Source: Monosiga brevicollis MX1 (taxonomy: Eukaryota). From it: DNA of 64,000 bases. The position numbers and the translations under genes are program-made. The notes beneath the pieces were generated by a model that was not told where the DNA came from, ran no database searches, and worked only from the letters and a program-made list of their open reading frames with translations. The DNA lies in assembly GCF_000002865.3 (NCBI RefSeq), contig NW_001865076.1, positions 199,570 through 263,569 on the forward strand, read 5' to 3'. Of the stretch, positions 51,069-64,000 are shown one piece after another. Within the stretch, counting starts at the first letter, position 1. Each line of letters begins with the position of its first letter.

Positions 51069-51940
51069 CTATCAAAGGGTGTCGAGGTTTGGTGTCTGGG
51101 TTTGGGGGCTGGACTGTGGCTGGATGTGTGACGTGCGTGCCCTGCTCAACCATGAACCGTTTGGTTGTGGGCCAGCATTGATCCACATGAAAACAATGTG
51201 ATGCTTTCGACTGCGATTTGTTAATTGATGACCGACCATGGCCAAAGTCACTCACAAACTCGGCAAGGAAACACGCAAGTCTCACCGAGCGAGATATGAA
51301 TTTGCCGAGAGAGAGATGAATTTGACGAGAGAGATATGAGTTTGTAGAAAGAGATATGAATATGCCTCAGGTTGATGACTTAGGATGCCAGAGTCAAGGG
51401 CAGGGCATTCACGCAGACACCGGATTTGCCGGATGATATTGAGAGACAGGTCACATGCTTTTGCTCATGTTCTACTCTTTCTCATTTACTTACAAAATTT
51501 ACAATCTCACTCTCTGTTGTGCTATTCCTCTGTTTAACTCTCTCTCTCTTTCTCTCTCTCTCTCTCTTCCTAACTCTCTCTCTCTCTCTAAATCTCTCTA
51601 AATCTCTCTGCCTCTCGCTCTAAAATCTCGTCCGTTAGTGTGACGGGTATGGCTAGAGCAAGACTGTTGAAAACACATGTCGGAAAACCCAGTTGTCGTT
51701 TTCAGGACGAGAGACCTGCGTGAGCGAGGTCGACAGGACGACGGGCGAGCTGGCAGTGGTAGTTTGTCGGTGAGCGTGGTGGTATTGGGGTTCTTGGTCT
51801 TGGTTCGGCACAGATCGAAGCTGCACCCAAAGCGCACACCGCAGAGGGAGGGCCTTGGTCATTGAATGCAAAAGCATTCGGCTTGGGCAGACTCGAGACG
51901 ATTCGTCTCGCACCGCTTTGATCGCCTTGAATAGCCGACG

Positions 51941-54900
51941 ATGGCACCCGCGCTTGTTGTGGACGAGGCGCTGCTGGCCCAGTTACCGGAGCCAAGCGCT
52001 GTGCAGCAAATGTACGAACCCAGCAAGCAGCGCAGCCCCCCTTGCTCCTGCCTCACAGTGCAGAGCTGCCCTCCTGCCCTCATGATGTCGCTCACATGCC
52101 CCTTTGGCGTTCTGCCTGTCTTCCTGCCCACCTTGTAGCCTAGAGGCGCTCCGTACGTTTGCCGACCAGCAAGATGATGTTGGCTTGGTTCTGAACCTGC
52201 GCCGCCTCTTGGCTGCCGTTGTCCGTGGCACTATTGCGCAGCCTGCGGCGCTGAGTTGCCTTCAGTTTGAGCATGATGAGGTCGGTCGGGCCAAGCCACC
52301 GCTACAGCACAGCCTTTCATGCCAATCGCAGCTCATGTTGCATGTTCACCCACCTTTCCCGTCAGCACTTTGCCGTGGTCCTCGCCGATACCTTGCATGC
52401 TCTTGATCATGAAGCTGCCAAAGGTGCGACACAGAACAACTGCAGTCCCTTTTCAAACCCCATGCCGCCCTCTGGTGTCAGCGGCCACTGCCGCTCTCCA
52501 CTAACACGCCGCGCACCTGCACGCACGCAGGCGATCCGCGCGCTCGCTTCTACAAATTGTTGACCGCCGTGGCCGCCCTTTCTGATCAGCAACGTGAACT
52601 GCTCTACGAGCGACTGGAGGCCCCTACCCTCGAGGTCCGGTCCCAGCCGCCATCCTCCCACACATGCGACCTTCCTGCTCATCTTTGCCTCTCACAAATT
52701 GGTCAACTGATGTACGCACGCGCGCAGGACGCCAAGCTTGTTCGTGACTATCGCAAAATTTTGGTCCGCATGCGTACCACTCGCTTCTACAAGCAGCAAA
52801 AGTACAACCTTCTGCACGAAGAAAATGAAGGCTTTGCCAAACTCGTCGAGCTCTTGGTGCGTTCCCGACCATTCACGGCTCTCGTACAACACATCCGCCG
52901 AGCCCTGACTGCCATGTTGCTGTCCAGGGCAACGAGACGTCTTTGACGCAACCCACCCCCACCATTCTCAAGCAGATTACCAGCCTCATTGGCTACTTTG
53001 AAGTAAGAGCATCACCGTTCGACTTGGCTTGTGGTTTTTTTTTTCCCCGCGCTCCATGCGTATCCCCCCGTCCTCTCGGGCAATCACCCCAACGCCACCC
53101 TGCTTCACTGCAATCTTGCCAAATGACAGCTTGATCCCAACCGCGTGCTTGATGTCATCCTGGACATGTTTGAACAAACGCGCTCGCCCGAGCTACTCAA
53201 CGTCATTCGAGATTATGCGGCCCTGGGCTCATCGCTTGCCTCACTTGTGGGCTTCAAGTTTCAAAATTACGCTGTATGTTCCCGTGCTCCTTTCTCTTCT
53301 CTTCCTTGCAAGGATCTGACATGATCACTCATGTTCATCTGGCCCGTGCTTGCCCAGGCGGCTGAAACCAAGACACCAAAGAGCCTCTTTGAAATGACCG
53401 CCGTGCTCATGAAGCAGGGCTTGCTGACGATTGAAGATATCGAGCCCCACCTCTCGCCTACCGCTGAAAACACAGAGGCCATGGCGCGCCTGATGAGCGA
53501 GGGCAAGGTATGCTCAACTCGATGGCTCTTGGCCACTCCTCCACAACCATTTTGTGCCATCCTCATCGGACTACCCGTAAATGTATAGACGACCGACGCC
53601 GAGGGCCGGGATTTGGCCGAGCAAGCTGCGCAGAACCAGTTTTTGGGGCTCTGCAGTGCCTTGATTGCTGCCAACAACTGGGTTGCAGCAAAAACGGTAC
53701 GTCCAGTCATTTAACATGGGCCGCGCACCTGCCTCTCTTGACCTATCATACGAGCTCCAGGGCCTAATTATGCCCGCCCGGATCTTCATGCGAGCCGCTT
53801 TAGATCCTCGACATGCTGCCGCCATCCTTTGCGGCCACTCAAGCCGACCTCCGACAAGTTCTGCTTGACGTTGTTCACGTCAAGATTGAGCCCCTTTATC
53901 GCAAACTCAGTGCTGTCCCGGTACGTTCTTTGTTCCTTTCACCTTCCAACACCATGCCTAGAACGCGTAATTGGTCGACACACGCTCATGCTGTCACTCG
54001 TGTTTTTTCACCTGACCGCCCCGTTGCAGCAATTGATGCGCTTGTCGCCAACGCTGGCGGCCAAGCACAAGCGATACAGCTACGTCACCCCCTGCGACAG
54101 CTTTGGCACGTTTGTTGCCGATGTCTTCCCCATGCTTCATCAGATTGGCTTTTATGTCGGGCAGGACATCCTCCTCTTTACCAAGGTACGGCGCTTGCAA
54201 CCCCTTGCTCCACCTCGCTCTTGACCAGACATGCTTCTTGTCTCTGCTGCGTGCCTTCACTCAACCCCTCGCTGCTGTCGTCCACCCTGTATGGTGCCTC
54301 CCCCCTCGCTCTCCTACACGCCACGTGCGTCAGGTTTTGCGACTCTGTGAGACTTTTTTGAGCGCTGCCTCTGAAATGGACAGCACCTCGTCCAACCTTC
54401 AAGATGAGGTTAGTGCCAATCAAGGCCGCCTTGCCGTCTGACAATCAAAAGCCAATTCTTCACTTTTGTTTTGCTCCCCAGATTGAGCAATTGATGGACA
54501 CGGTTTTGCTGCCAGCGCTCACCGTCATGCCCAGGTATCAAGCCCGCGCACTGGCCTCACCCAAACGAGGATGTCTTCTGCTCGCTACTATCGCCTCCCT
54601 TGATGGGCGCTGCCACACCACGTCCCACCTCATGTCTATGTCTTGTCTTTGCGTGGTCGTTTATAGCAACGCCCCCTTGTCTGATCAAGTGTACAAGGTG
54701 TTGCAATACCTACCCTACGTGACACGCTTTCGCCTGTACTCCAAGTGGAAGGTTGGCGGCAGACCTGCCCTATTATTTTCCAAGGTCCACAGTTGTGTAC
54801 AGCTGTAGTGTCGATTCAACTCATGACCTACTCTTTCGCATCTATTGTGTACCACAAACAGCGATCAACGCTCAAGTCCCACGCTCAACTGCGTGGCGTG

Positions 54901-56952
54901 GCCGAGAATGCCGTCAAGGAGAGCAAGTACATTCTAAAGCGTCTCTCCTCCGAAACGGCTAAAAAGTTTGGCAAGCGCCTGGGCAAGCTCTCGCACAGCT
55001 GCCCTATTCCCGTCATCGATGCCCTCTTGGCTCAATTGCAGGTACAGCAACAATGCCTCATGCGTATCGTCATCTTGTCAAGCCTGACGCAGAGTCCAGC
55101 CAGAGCTCGCTCACCACATGCCCGTCCCCCCACGTCGCATCCGAGTAGTCATACGAGAATTTGATTGAGGTTGTTGTCACAGCCATCAAATACATGGATG
55201 CGTTGGGTTTCGACGTCATGATCCTCTGCATTTTGGAGGCCTTGACAGCCCCGGGCAAGACTGCAATCAAGCCCGGGGTATGCGCTCGGGCGCCACTTTC
55301 AGCTTCGCACGTCGGCCCACACCCAACGTGTGCGCATGCTCACCTTCGTTCTTATTGCTCCGACCTGACGCTTTGCACACTTAGGAGTCTCACTTGGCGC
55401 TATGGTTGCAAAATCTCTCCCGATTCACGGGTGCTCTGCTCAAACGCTACGACATCAAGATGCTGCCCATTTTGCAGGTTTGGACTCTTGCATGGCCCGG
55501 ACTTTTGCATGGCTTCTCACACAATCTCAGATCACGAGTGACAACTAGCGACCTTACTTTCCATGGCTTGTCTAGTACGTTGCGAACAAGCTCAAAGTTA
55601 ACGAAACCTTCGACCTAATCATTCTGAAGGACTTGATCATGGCCATTGCCAGCATCGAGAGTGTCGAGGGTGAGACCTTGCCTCAAGACTCGCTCAATGT
55701 TGCTTCAACAAATATGTTTGTGATTGGTGCGTCGTTGTGGGGGTTGTGACGCGCCTGACCAAAATTTTGCATCCCTCTGCAATGACACGCATCCCCTTAG
55801 ATATGACGGAGGATCAGTTAGAAGCCATGAGCGGTGGCCCGACACTGCGCGCCGAAGGCGGTTCATTCATTTCCGTACGCTATTCTGCATACCCTGAGAG
55901 GGGTAGTTGCTGGGAGTTACCTTCGTTTGTTTTGTTTGGTCTGACGTTTTATTTTGTTTGGTTCTGTCCTCAGACGCGGCAAACGCGTGATCGTCGCAAA
56001 GCCGTGGCGCGTCTGCGGGCTGCTTTGAAGGACGACAGCATGGCCATTCCCTTGCTCATCCTTATGGGCCAGCAACGCGAAAGGTATCTTGTGCTTTTGT
56101 TCATGCCGGCTCCTGTTTCTCTCGCACTCTTACCACATTCTGCGCCGCTCCACTTCCATTAGCCTGGTCTTCCATTCCGATGAGTCCCTGCATCTCAAGC
56201 TCCTAGGAGACACCTATGACCAACTGCAACAAACGCTGATTCAGTTTCACGACTTTGTGGAAGTGCATCTGGGCGGTATGTTCACCTATTATAGCCGAGC
56301 TCGGAGAATTGAAGAGCAGGATATTGATGACTCTGACTGTTATTCATGCACGTCCGTCAGATGCCTACCTGGCTGAGAAGCTGCCTGAATTGCCCAAGCT
56401 ATGTTCAACGTACAAGCTGGAGCCCGATGTCGGCCTCTTCCTGCAACGGTATGAGCTTGCTTGAACGTCTGAGACCCAGAGGTTCCAAATCCACAGTTTC
56501 TCCCTGGGTGGTGCCTTTCTTTTGTTTAGACATATTGGGCATCGCTGTTCTCGTTCCTCATGCTCCCCATGCTGTTTTGATGTTGCCTGTGCAGGAGCGC
56601 CATCCGCCATCGCATCTCTGCCGAGATGGCGGCTCTGGAATCCCCAACCAAAGAGGATTATCTCAAGGCTTGCGAGCGCACGCTCGCTCCGGTTTGCCAG
56701 GATGTGAAGCTTTTGCATCCCGAAACCCTGTGGCGCACCATCCAGCCGCACTTTTACATGACCTTCTGGTCCCTCTCGCTTCCGGACCTGCTCTTGCCCA
56801 GCAAGTCGTATGATCAGGCCATTGCCAAAAGCAAAGAGTCGATTGTGAGTCGTGCATGGGCTGTGGCAATCACGGGCATTGACCTGCCCAAGACAAATGA
56901 CGGACGGCTTTCTGCTTGTGACTTTTAAACTATCTCTATCTTCTCACCCGCT

Positions 56953-56988
<36 letters not shown>

Positions 56989-59785
56989 TTTGCAAACGTG
57001 ACGCCAGGCCGAGGTGGAGGCTTCAAACCAGAGCGGCGCCAAGAAACGCCGGGAGATTCACCATTATGAAGAAGTCATTGCCAAGCTGGGGGCTGAGAAG
57101 CAGGTATGTCTTGAGCCTTTCGAAAAGAAACTGGGAGAGGTGCATGATCAATTGCGCTTCCTCTCACGGTCTTGTTTTCGCCGACCATAGCGTCAAACTC
57201 AACATGTCGAGTTTGTGCAGCACCGTTTGGAAACTGAGAAGGACACTTGGATCCCCGAGGTTGGCCGAATCCTCAAAGTCCTTGTCGTGCCGTGTGAGCA
57301 CATGCAAATAAGGGGTCGTTCTTACCTGGCGCGTCCGTGGTTCTAGACGGGTACCCGCATTAGCTGGATCACGCAGTACATGCAAACCTGCGTGTTTCCC
57401 CGTTGCTTCTTCTCGGCTATTGGTGCGATGGTGACGCGCCCTGCATTTTGATCAGCATTCCTTTTGGGTTTATTTTCGAACCCCTGACATTCTTTGAATC
57501 GCTGTGTTGTGACGTGCAGATGCCATTTATTGCGCCAAATTTGCCGAGATGCTGCACAACATGGGCACTCCGCAGTGGAACACGCTGCTCTACTACGACC
57601 GCGTGCTCAAGGATATCACCTGCACACTGAGCAGGCATGTCACCCCCATCACTCCTCACTTCTCTGTTTCATCTCGATGCGTCAAAGCAGCATAGATGAT
57701 TACAGCACTCACCGTCTCTGTGTGAACCTGTCCATATGTGTTCGAAAATCTTTTCTCTAGCTGCACCTACAATGAGGCGCATCGCTACGGCCGGTTCTTG
57801 AGAGAGACGCTGAAGCTTTTGGACAAGTGGCACGGAAGCAAGGTTGAGTTTGAGCGCCAGCAAAGTGGTATGTGCTTGTAAACGTGTCCAAGTAGTTTGT
57901 ATTTCTGCTCACACTCAAACCAAAAGGTGCCGCGACTACCCTCTGACCTTGTTGCGCATGTCATTGCCGGCTCGCCGTCAGGTTTTGCTTCGCAGGGCCA
58001 CCGTGCCATCATCACCTACGAAGACTTTCGCAGCCTTTGCTACAAATGGCATTGCAAGCTCACCAAGGTATTGCAACGGCTGCTGTGCATCTCTCCCTGT
58101 CTAAGCGCCATGGAGATGGCGTGATGAATCATCTCAATTGGCGTACACTTGGCTCGCAGGCTTTGATTATGCTTTTGGAGGCGGATGCCAAGGATGCAGA
58201 CATTTTGCAGCGCGCGCTGGTTGTTCTGACCAAGGTTTGCCTGCGCTAGCCATCTCATTTGTGTGGGGTAACGCGTTCCCAACTCATCCAATGCGCCTCG
58301 CGTCTGCTCTAGCTGATGCCTTATTTTCCGCGCCTGCGCGTCATTGGGCAAGGTTTGGAGAAACGCATCAAAGCCCTAGCCGATAGTGAAGAGACTCGTT
58401 CCGATGTGCGCGTCATGGCCCGGGCCTGTCTCGGGCAACTGCGTGCCATCAAGGACACGCTTGTGGCTGAGGTTGGTTTGGACAGATGATGGACGAGCGC
58501 CTGATGAGGTTTGCTATTTGGGGAAAAGATGACGCATTTGCTCAACAATGGTGTTTACGATTGGCGAATAGGGTGACTTTCATACCAAAACCTCGCGGAC
58601 CAAGAAAGGTGAGTGCTGGGCGCATCGGGCGCTGACTATATCTTCATGAATGAACTAACCTGAAGCATTCAGCAACCTTGTCTCATCACGATGTGCATTG
58701 CTTTTGTTGTTGTCGCCTGGTGTCATGCCGACTGGGTTATAAAAACAACATACAACAGAGCCCGACACTGCGAGTGAGTCTCGTCGATTCATGTCCTGCA
58801 GCCTTGTTCAGCACCACTGCGGGACACCCACCTGACCCTGGTTGACTCCATGATTCTAGAAAACTCGCCAAAGCGCGTGGCATCCGACAGTGGTGCTGGG
58901 CTGCCAGCGGCCAAGCGCAATGCCACGGAGCCAGCCAAGCACGTCAAGTCTGAGCCCAAGGCGGGCGGCACGGACAAGGACGGTGCCAATGCAGCAAAGG
59001 AGGGCCCTGCTGCGCCGCCAGCGACCAAGGGTGAAGCGGCCAAGGGCGAAGAGGCTAAAGAGGTTAAAGAGAGCAGATCTTCACGCCACGAGCGACGGGC
59101 TCGTGGCAGCAGCAAGCCTCGCAAGGATAGTGCTACCAGCGAAACGAACAAGGATTCTGAAGGTGGCAACGAGGCACGCGACGTCAAGCGTCCCAAGGTC
59201 TGTCCTGGTCTGCTCTAGGTAGAATTGCTCAGAGCACGCTTCGTCTTCCGTTCTTGTATGTGTTTTGTTGCTTGCATTTGACCGAGCTTGCCAATTTCGT
59301 GCGTATCAATGGGTGCTGTAGCTGGAAGAGCGTCTCAGTGGAGGCAGCAACAACAATGCCGGCAATGGCAACAACGGATCGGGAGGACGCGGGGGACGTG
59401 GCAGCCGAAATGGCGATGGTGGCAACGCGCGCGCTCGTACGCCTGAGGTAAGCTTGAACAGGCTGTTGAACGCCGGCCTGTCTGTGGCTCTCACTCGTGA
59501 ACAAACCATGACTTGCATGTGTAGGGGCCCTCGTTGCCCCGTGGTGGCAACGGCAATGCCGAGGAGGGTCGTCGAGCAAGTGATCGCGGCCGTGGCGGTC
59601 GTGGAGGTGACCGAGCTGATCATCGTGGTGGTGATCGAGACCATCGTGGTGGAGATCGCGCAGACCATCGTGGAGGCGACCGTGGTAACGACCGCGGAGG
59701 TGATCGTGGTGGCAGTGATCGCGGCGGTGATCGCGGCGGTGAACGTGGCGGCGATCGCCGTGGTGGAGGCCGCCGCCGCAAATAG
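51941..59785 (+). CDS. THOC2: THO complex subunit 2, many exons
   Basis: VRMRTTRFYKQQKYNLLHEENEGFAKL, LIGYFE|LDPNRVLDVILD, KYILKRLS..KKFGKRLGKLSHSCP, YENLIEVVV, FYMTFWSLSL.DL, RGG-rich tail. Confidence 0.93.
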
Positions 59786-60452
59786 AGCACAAACCTCGGC
59801 TGTTCTCCTTTGAGCGTGACGAATGTTCGGCACTTAGAAAAATTGAGCCGGCAGTGACTCAAAACTATTTTTTTGGTAAAAAAAATCAAGCAATGGTTTT
59901 TTTTTTTTTTTTTGAGAATTTTGGCTCAGAAGTTAGAGGTTGACGGGCACGCACCCCACTACAAGCATGGTGCATGCATAAAGCGTTTTTCTCCTGATTT
60001 GTTCGAAAGGGCATAAATACCGCTTCTTGATCTCTTTGACCTCACCACTTTCTATGCTTTTGAGCTACACAACGCGCATTAATCTACACTTGAACAAAAA
60101 AAGGTCAAGTCACGATTGATCGATCCTCGACGACGAACGACTTCGATTAGATGAAATGAAAGTACATGTATTGTTGGATAAATTGATGGCATTTAGCAAT
60201 CCCCTTTTCAAAGAGGAACAACTCGCAGAAAAAAAAGAGTCGAGCTCAGCTCGTACAAGCAATAGCAGTTCGTTACAACGACGGCCATTACGGATACATA
60301 TTATCAGAAGGATAAGACACGCAACCCTAGTTACTTAAAGCCTGTCACCGAGAAAGGCCCCAGGCTGGTCAATGTGGCAGGCATCAGAATGTTGAGAAGC
60401 CTACGGCCTGTCCTGAACACCAGAAACAACAAAAGGTGACCCGGGGCCATCC

Positions 60453-62545
60453 TTAATTGCCATATTTCGAGGCCCAGTCAGTACGACCATTGACAGCATT
60501 GGCACGGATACCCTTGCGGGGCATGGCCGAGTTGGTGCCAACGCCTGGAGCAGCACTCACGCGCGCCCCTCGATCAAAGTTGCTGTCCTTGATGCGCAGG
60601 TCAGCCAGCAAGCTGTCCAGAGCATCGTGAGATGGGGCAGCACTGGCGCCGGCCGGACCACGGCCGCGCTCTCTAGAATGGCCGCGCACATCCAGCTGTC
60701 GACTGAAAGCACTGCCAGCACCCGCACCGTGGCCGGCTGGGGCAGCTCCGTTGAGTCCAACAAAGTGGTAGGGATGGGACTTGCTGTCCAAAGCTGCACT
60801 GCTGTTACCCTTGGGAAGGCCGGGTGGTAGGTAGCGAGCACCACCGGCATGGTAAGCTGCGCCTTGCTGTCGAGTGGCGCGCTGTAAAAAACGAGGCAAG
60901 GCAACAATGGACATGATACGATGCACAGGCAGATGACCATGAGTTTCAAACAAGGCACCGTTTCTACCCCAAACAGAACAAAACATACAAGTGGCATGTG
61001 CACACAGAAAGGGGGCATGGCGAGCGTACCGCAGCTGAATTGGGCTTCTCTGCAAGATCGGGCAGGGTCCAATCCTTGCTAGCTCGGGCTTTTGTGGTGG
61101 GGGCCGGGGCGTTGGTATCGAGCATAAAGTCCCAGCTATCTCGGACACCACCCCGGGCCGGTTTGGCAGCAGCAGCAGCAGCAGAGGGGGCGGCAGCGGC
61201 AGCTTGGACACCGCCGGGCTTTTGCCACTGCCGGCGTTGCTGCTGCTTGGCACTTGATTCACGAGACTGCGAGCAGCAAACAAAGGTGGAGCGATGAGCC
61301 TTGTAGCGTCTTGTAGTCATATATACAGCTACGCACGCGCAACAGCAAGACTGACCGCCGAGCGACCCCAGTGGTCTTGACCCAAGGCCGGTCCATTGGC
61401 CGGGGTGGGCGTGGCTTCTTGCTGGATCGTGGGAAGCTTTGGGACTTGGCGGGAGCCAGCCGAAGATTTGCGAACGGTGATGGGTCCTTGTCCACTGGAT
61501 TGACGCGTTGCTGAGACGCGGCGCGAGGAAGAGGAATTTTTAAGGCCTTCAGCAGCGTAGCGATTGGGGGGTGGGTCGGGCAGGGCGCCATGGGCACAAA
61601 AGTAGGCGTGGCGGAGAGCACCGGCGCAGTTGGGGCGTTTGGCCGGATTCCACTGCATCAGGTCTTGCATGAGATCGATGGCATCAGTGCTGGCCTGAGG
61701 CACCAGGGTGCGGAGCGGGGTGGCAGACATTTGGGGAAACTTGAAATTCATTTTGCTGGCAAGTTTGAGGCCCTCTGCCCAGTTGGCTTTGGAGGGGGTG
61801 CCAAAGACGGCGGTGCACTTGAAGAGGGTGTCGACCTCGCTGCTGCCGGGCAGCAAGGGGCGAAGGGTGTAAAGCTCGGCCATGATGGTGCCGACGGCCC
61901 AGAGGTCAATGGGCGAGTTGTAATTGGTCGAGCGGAGGAGGACCTCGGGCGCACGATACCAGCGCGTGGAGACGTAGTCTGTGTAGGGGGGGCGGGAGCG
62001 GATTTCGCGGGCCAAGCCCATGTCGGCAATCTTGACGAGCTCTGGGCCGTTGCATAGAATGTTTTCTGGCTTGAGGTCGCGGTGAAAGAAGCCTGTAGTT
62101 TGCAAAAAATGCGATGAGTGGGTGTGAGCGCGGATTGTGCGGCCCAGTCAAGAGTGGCGGCGTTCGCGCGCGGGACAAACCTTGTTTGTGCATGTAGGCC
62201 AGACCCTGCATGGTTTGCCACACCATGTTGCGAATTTGTTGCTCGGGAAACATTTTCTTCCTGTGAGCGCCGATGCATTTGTGGGAGCGGAAGAGTGAGT
62301 GGGGACAAGAGGGGGGAGGGCCATAATCAAAGAAAAAAAAGCCCAGGTTCGGTGGGCGGGGTCGAGGCACACAACAAGGCTTCTGCTTGAGTGAGTGTTT
62401 GTACGCACCGGACTTTCATGAGGTCATACATGTTGGACTCCATAAACTCGAAAATCATAAAGAGCTGATTGTTCTCACGAACAACCTCTTTGAGCTTGAC
62501 AATGTTGGGATGGTGCAGCTTCTTGAGTGACTGTGCAGGCAGGTA

Positions 62546-62590
<45 letters not shown>

Positions 62591-62814
62591 TAGAGTGGTG
62601 TGTCAGCTGATGTTGAACAACAGGGCAATACCGGTGACGTCTGGGGGCTGGCTGGTACCTTGATTTCCCGGAGGCTGAGGCATTCCTCCCATGAGTAGTA
62701 TTTCTTCTTCATCTTTTTGATGGCGACGGTCTCATGCGACTCGTGGTTGACGCCGAGCAGGACGCTACCGTAAGTGCCATCGCCCAAGGTCTTTGTAATC
62801 TCGTAGCGGTTCAT
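60453..62814 (-). CDS. MAK: MAK/ICK (RCK family) ciliary Ser/Thr kinase, multi-exon
   Basis: [61 protein letters not shown] (TDY), C-terminal [10 protein letters not shown]. Confidence 0.92.
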
Positions 62815-63201
62815 GACTGTGGTCTAGGGCAGAGAGAGCTAGGAATGGCTTGTGACGGAGCCAATGGAGCAAGGTCCGTGTCCGTGTCCGTGTCCGTGTG
62901 GCAACCGGCAGCAAAGCAGCGAGAGCCCAGCGCCCAAGACACCGACCCTGCCAACAGCTGGCTCGGAGGACAATGCACACCCAACCCAGGGCGTATCCGC
63001 GTCGGTCTGTCGTCTGGGTTTCTAAAACACCCCAGCTCAGGAAAGCACCTGCTAGACAATGCCTTCGACGACGACGACGACGGCGACGACGGCAACGGTG
63101 ATGGCAAATGGTGATGGCAATGCTGCTGAGGGCAAGGCGGTTCGGGCCCCGACCGCACTCACTCTCTCACTCACACACACACAGTTGTTGTTGTTGAAAC
63201 T

Positions 63202-63421
<220 letters not shown>

Positions 63422-63471
63422 NNNNNNNNNNNNNNNNNNNNNNNNNNNNNNNNNNNNNNNNNNNNNNNNNN
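63422..63471. other. Assembly gap (50 N)
   Basis: Run of n. Confidence 0.99.
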
Positions 63472-63864
63472 ACAGAGGAGGGTTGTGTGTTTGGCTGGGT
63501 GGTTGGTTGTGAAGGTCGGTTGTAAATGTGTATGGGTTTGAAGCGGACTTTTGGGCTGTATTTGATTCTGAAAATGCTTTCCCGCTCAAGATGGATGGTC
63601 ATGAAAAAGTATTTAAAGGCGTATTCACAACGTTGAATAGAAAGAGACTTGTAAAATGAGTAGTAAAATACTTTCAATGCAATATAATATCTAAGTATTA
63701 TACGTGGAAATTCAAAGGGAAAGATGCGGTTTAGCGTGGATAATAAAGATAAAATACTTCTTACCCCCTCCTGACCAAATTCATCTCCGATCCTCAAAAG
63801 CGCGCTCGCGCACTCTCTCTCACTCTTTCCGCCCCCCTGAGCAGCTTTTGACTTTTGGCGGCGG

Positions 63865-64000
63865 CTCTGCTTCCTCCCGCTCTCCTCTCCTGGCTTCCTG
63901 CTCTCCTCTCCTGGCTTTCTACGCCTCCTGGCCTCCTACTCTCCTCTCCTGGCTTCCTACTCCCCTCTCCTGGCTTCCTACGCTCCTCTCCTGGCTTCCT
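63865..64000. repeat. ~21-22 bp pyrimidine-rich minisatellite (ctctcctctcctggcttccta)
   Basis: About 6 imperfect copies running to the window end. Confidence 0.85.

Noticed and set aside
51290..51365. ~21-bp imperfect repeat (gagagatatgaatttg)
   Set aside because: Only 3-4 degenerate copies, no spacers or evident function
47895..51400. Autonomous transposon/LTR retroelement
   Set aside because: No RT, integrase or transposase motifs and no LTR/TIR/TSD seen

Overview
Intron-rich, compact eukaryotic genomic DNA with short GT-AG introns, many GA/GT/TTTC microsatellites and one 50-N gap. The gene complement and style point to a choanoflagellate, probably Monosiga-like (inference). I spliced about 15 protein genes by hand, plus one decayed FG-GAP fragment. 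Housekeeping-type genes: CTC1-like (runs off the left edge), JMJD4, a mitochondrial-type multi-HMG-box protein, an aquaporin, a YUCCA-like FMO, cytochrome b561, Bmt2, SPRTN, YIPF6, a SOS1-type Na+/H+ exchanger, THOC2 and a MAK/ICK kinase. Four genes have unusual architectures. (1) A 17-exon ankyrin-array / coiled-coil / DFD-type kinase / PARP (H-Y-E) fusion, with ankyrin repeats encoded one per exon and signs of recent repeat gain and loss. (2) A WASP-family protein (WH1...WH2-WH2-C-A) with two inserted RBD/Cobl-type ubiquitin-like domains and a degenerate CRIB. (3) A Crinkler-type PD-(D/E)xK nuclease + kinase effector with a recently duplicated header. (4) A LAT/PAG-like transmembrane adaptor with CxxC and YxN motifs. 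All family assignments come from motif recognition, not database searches.
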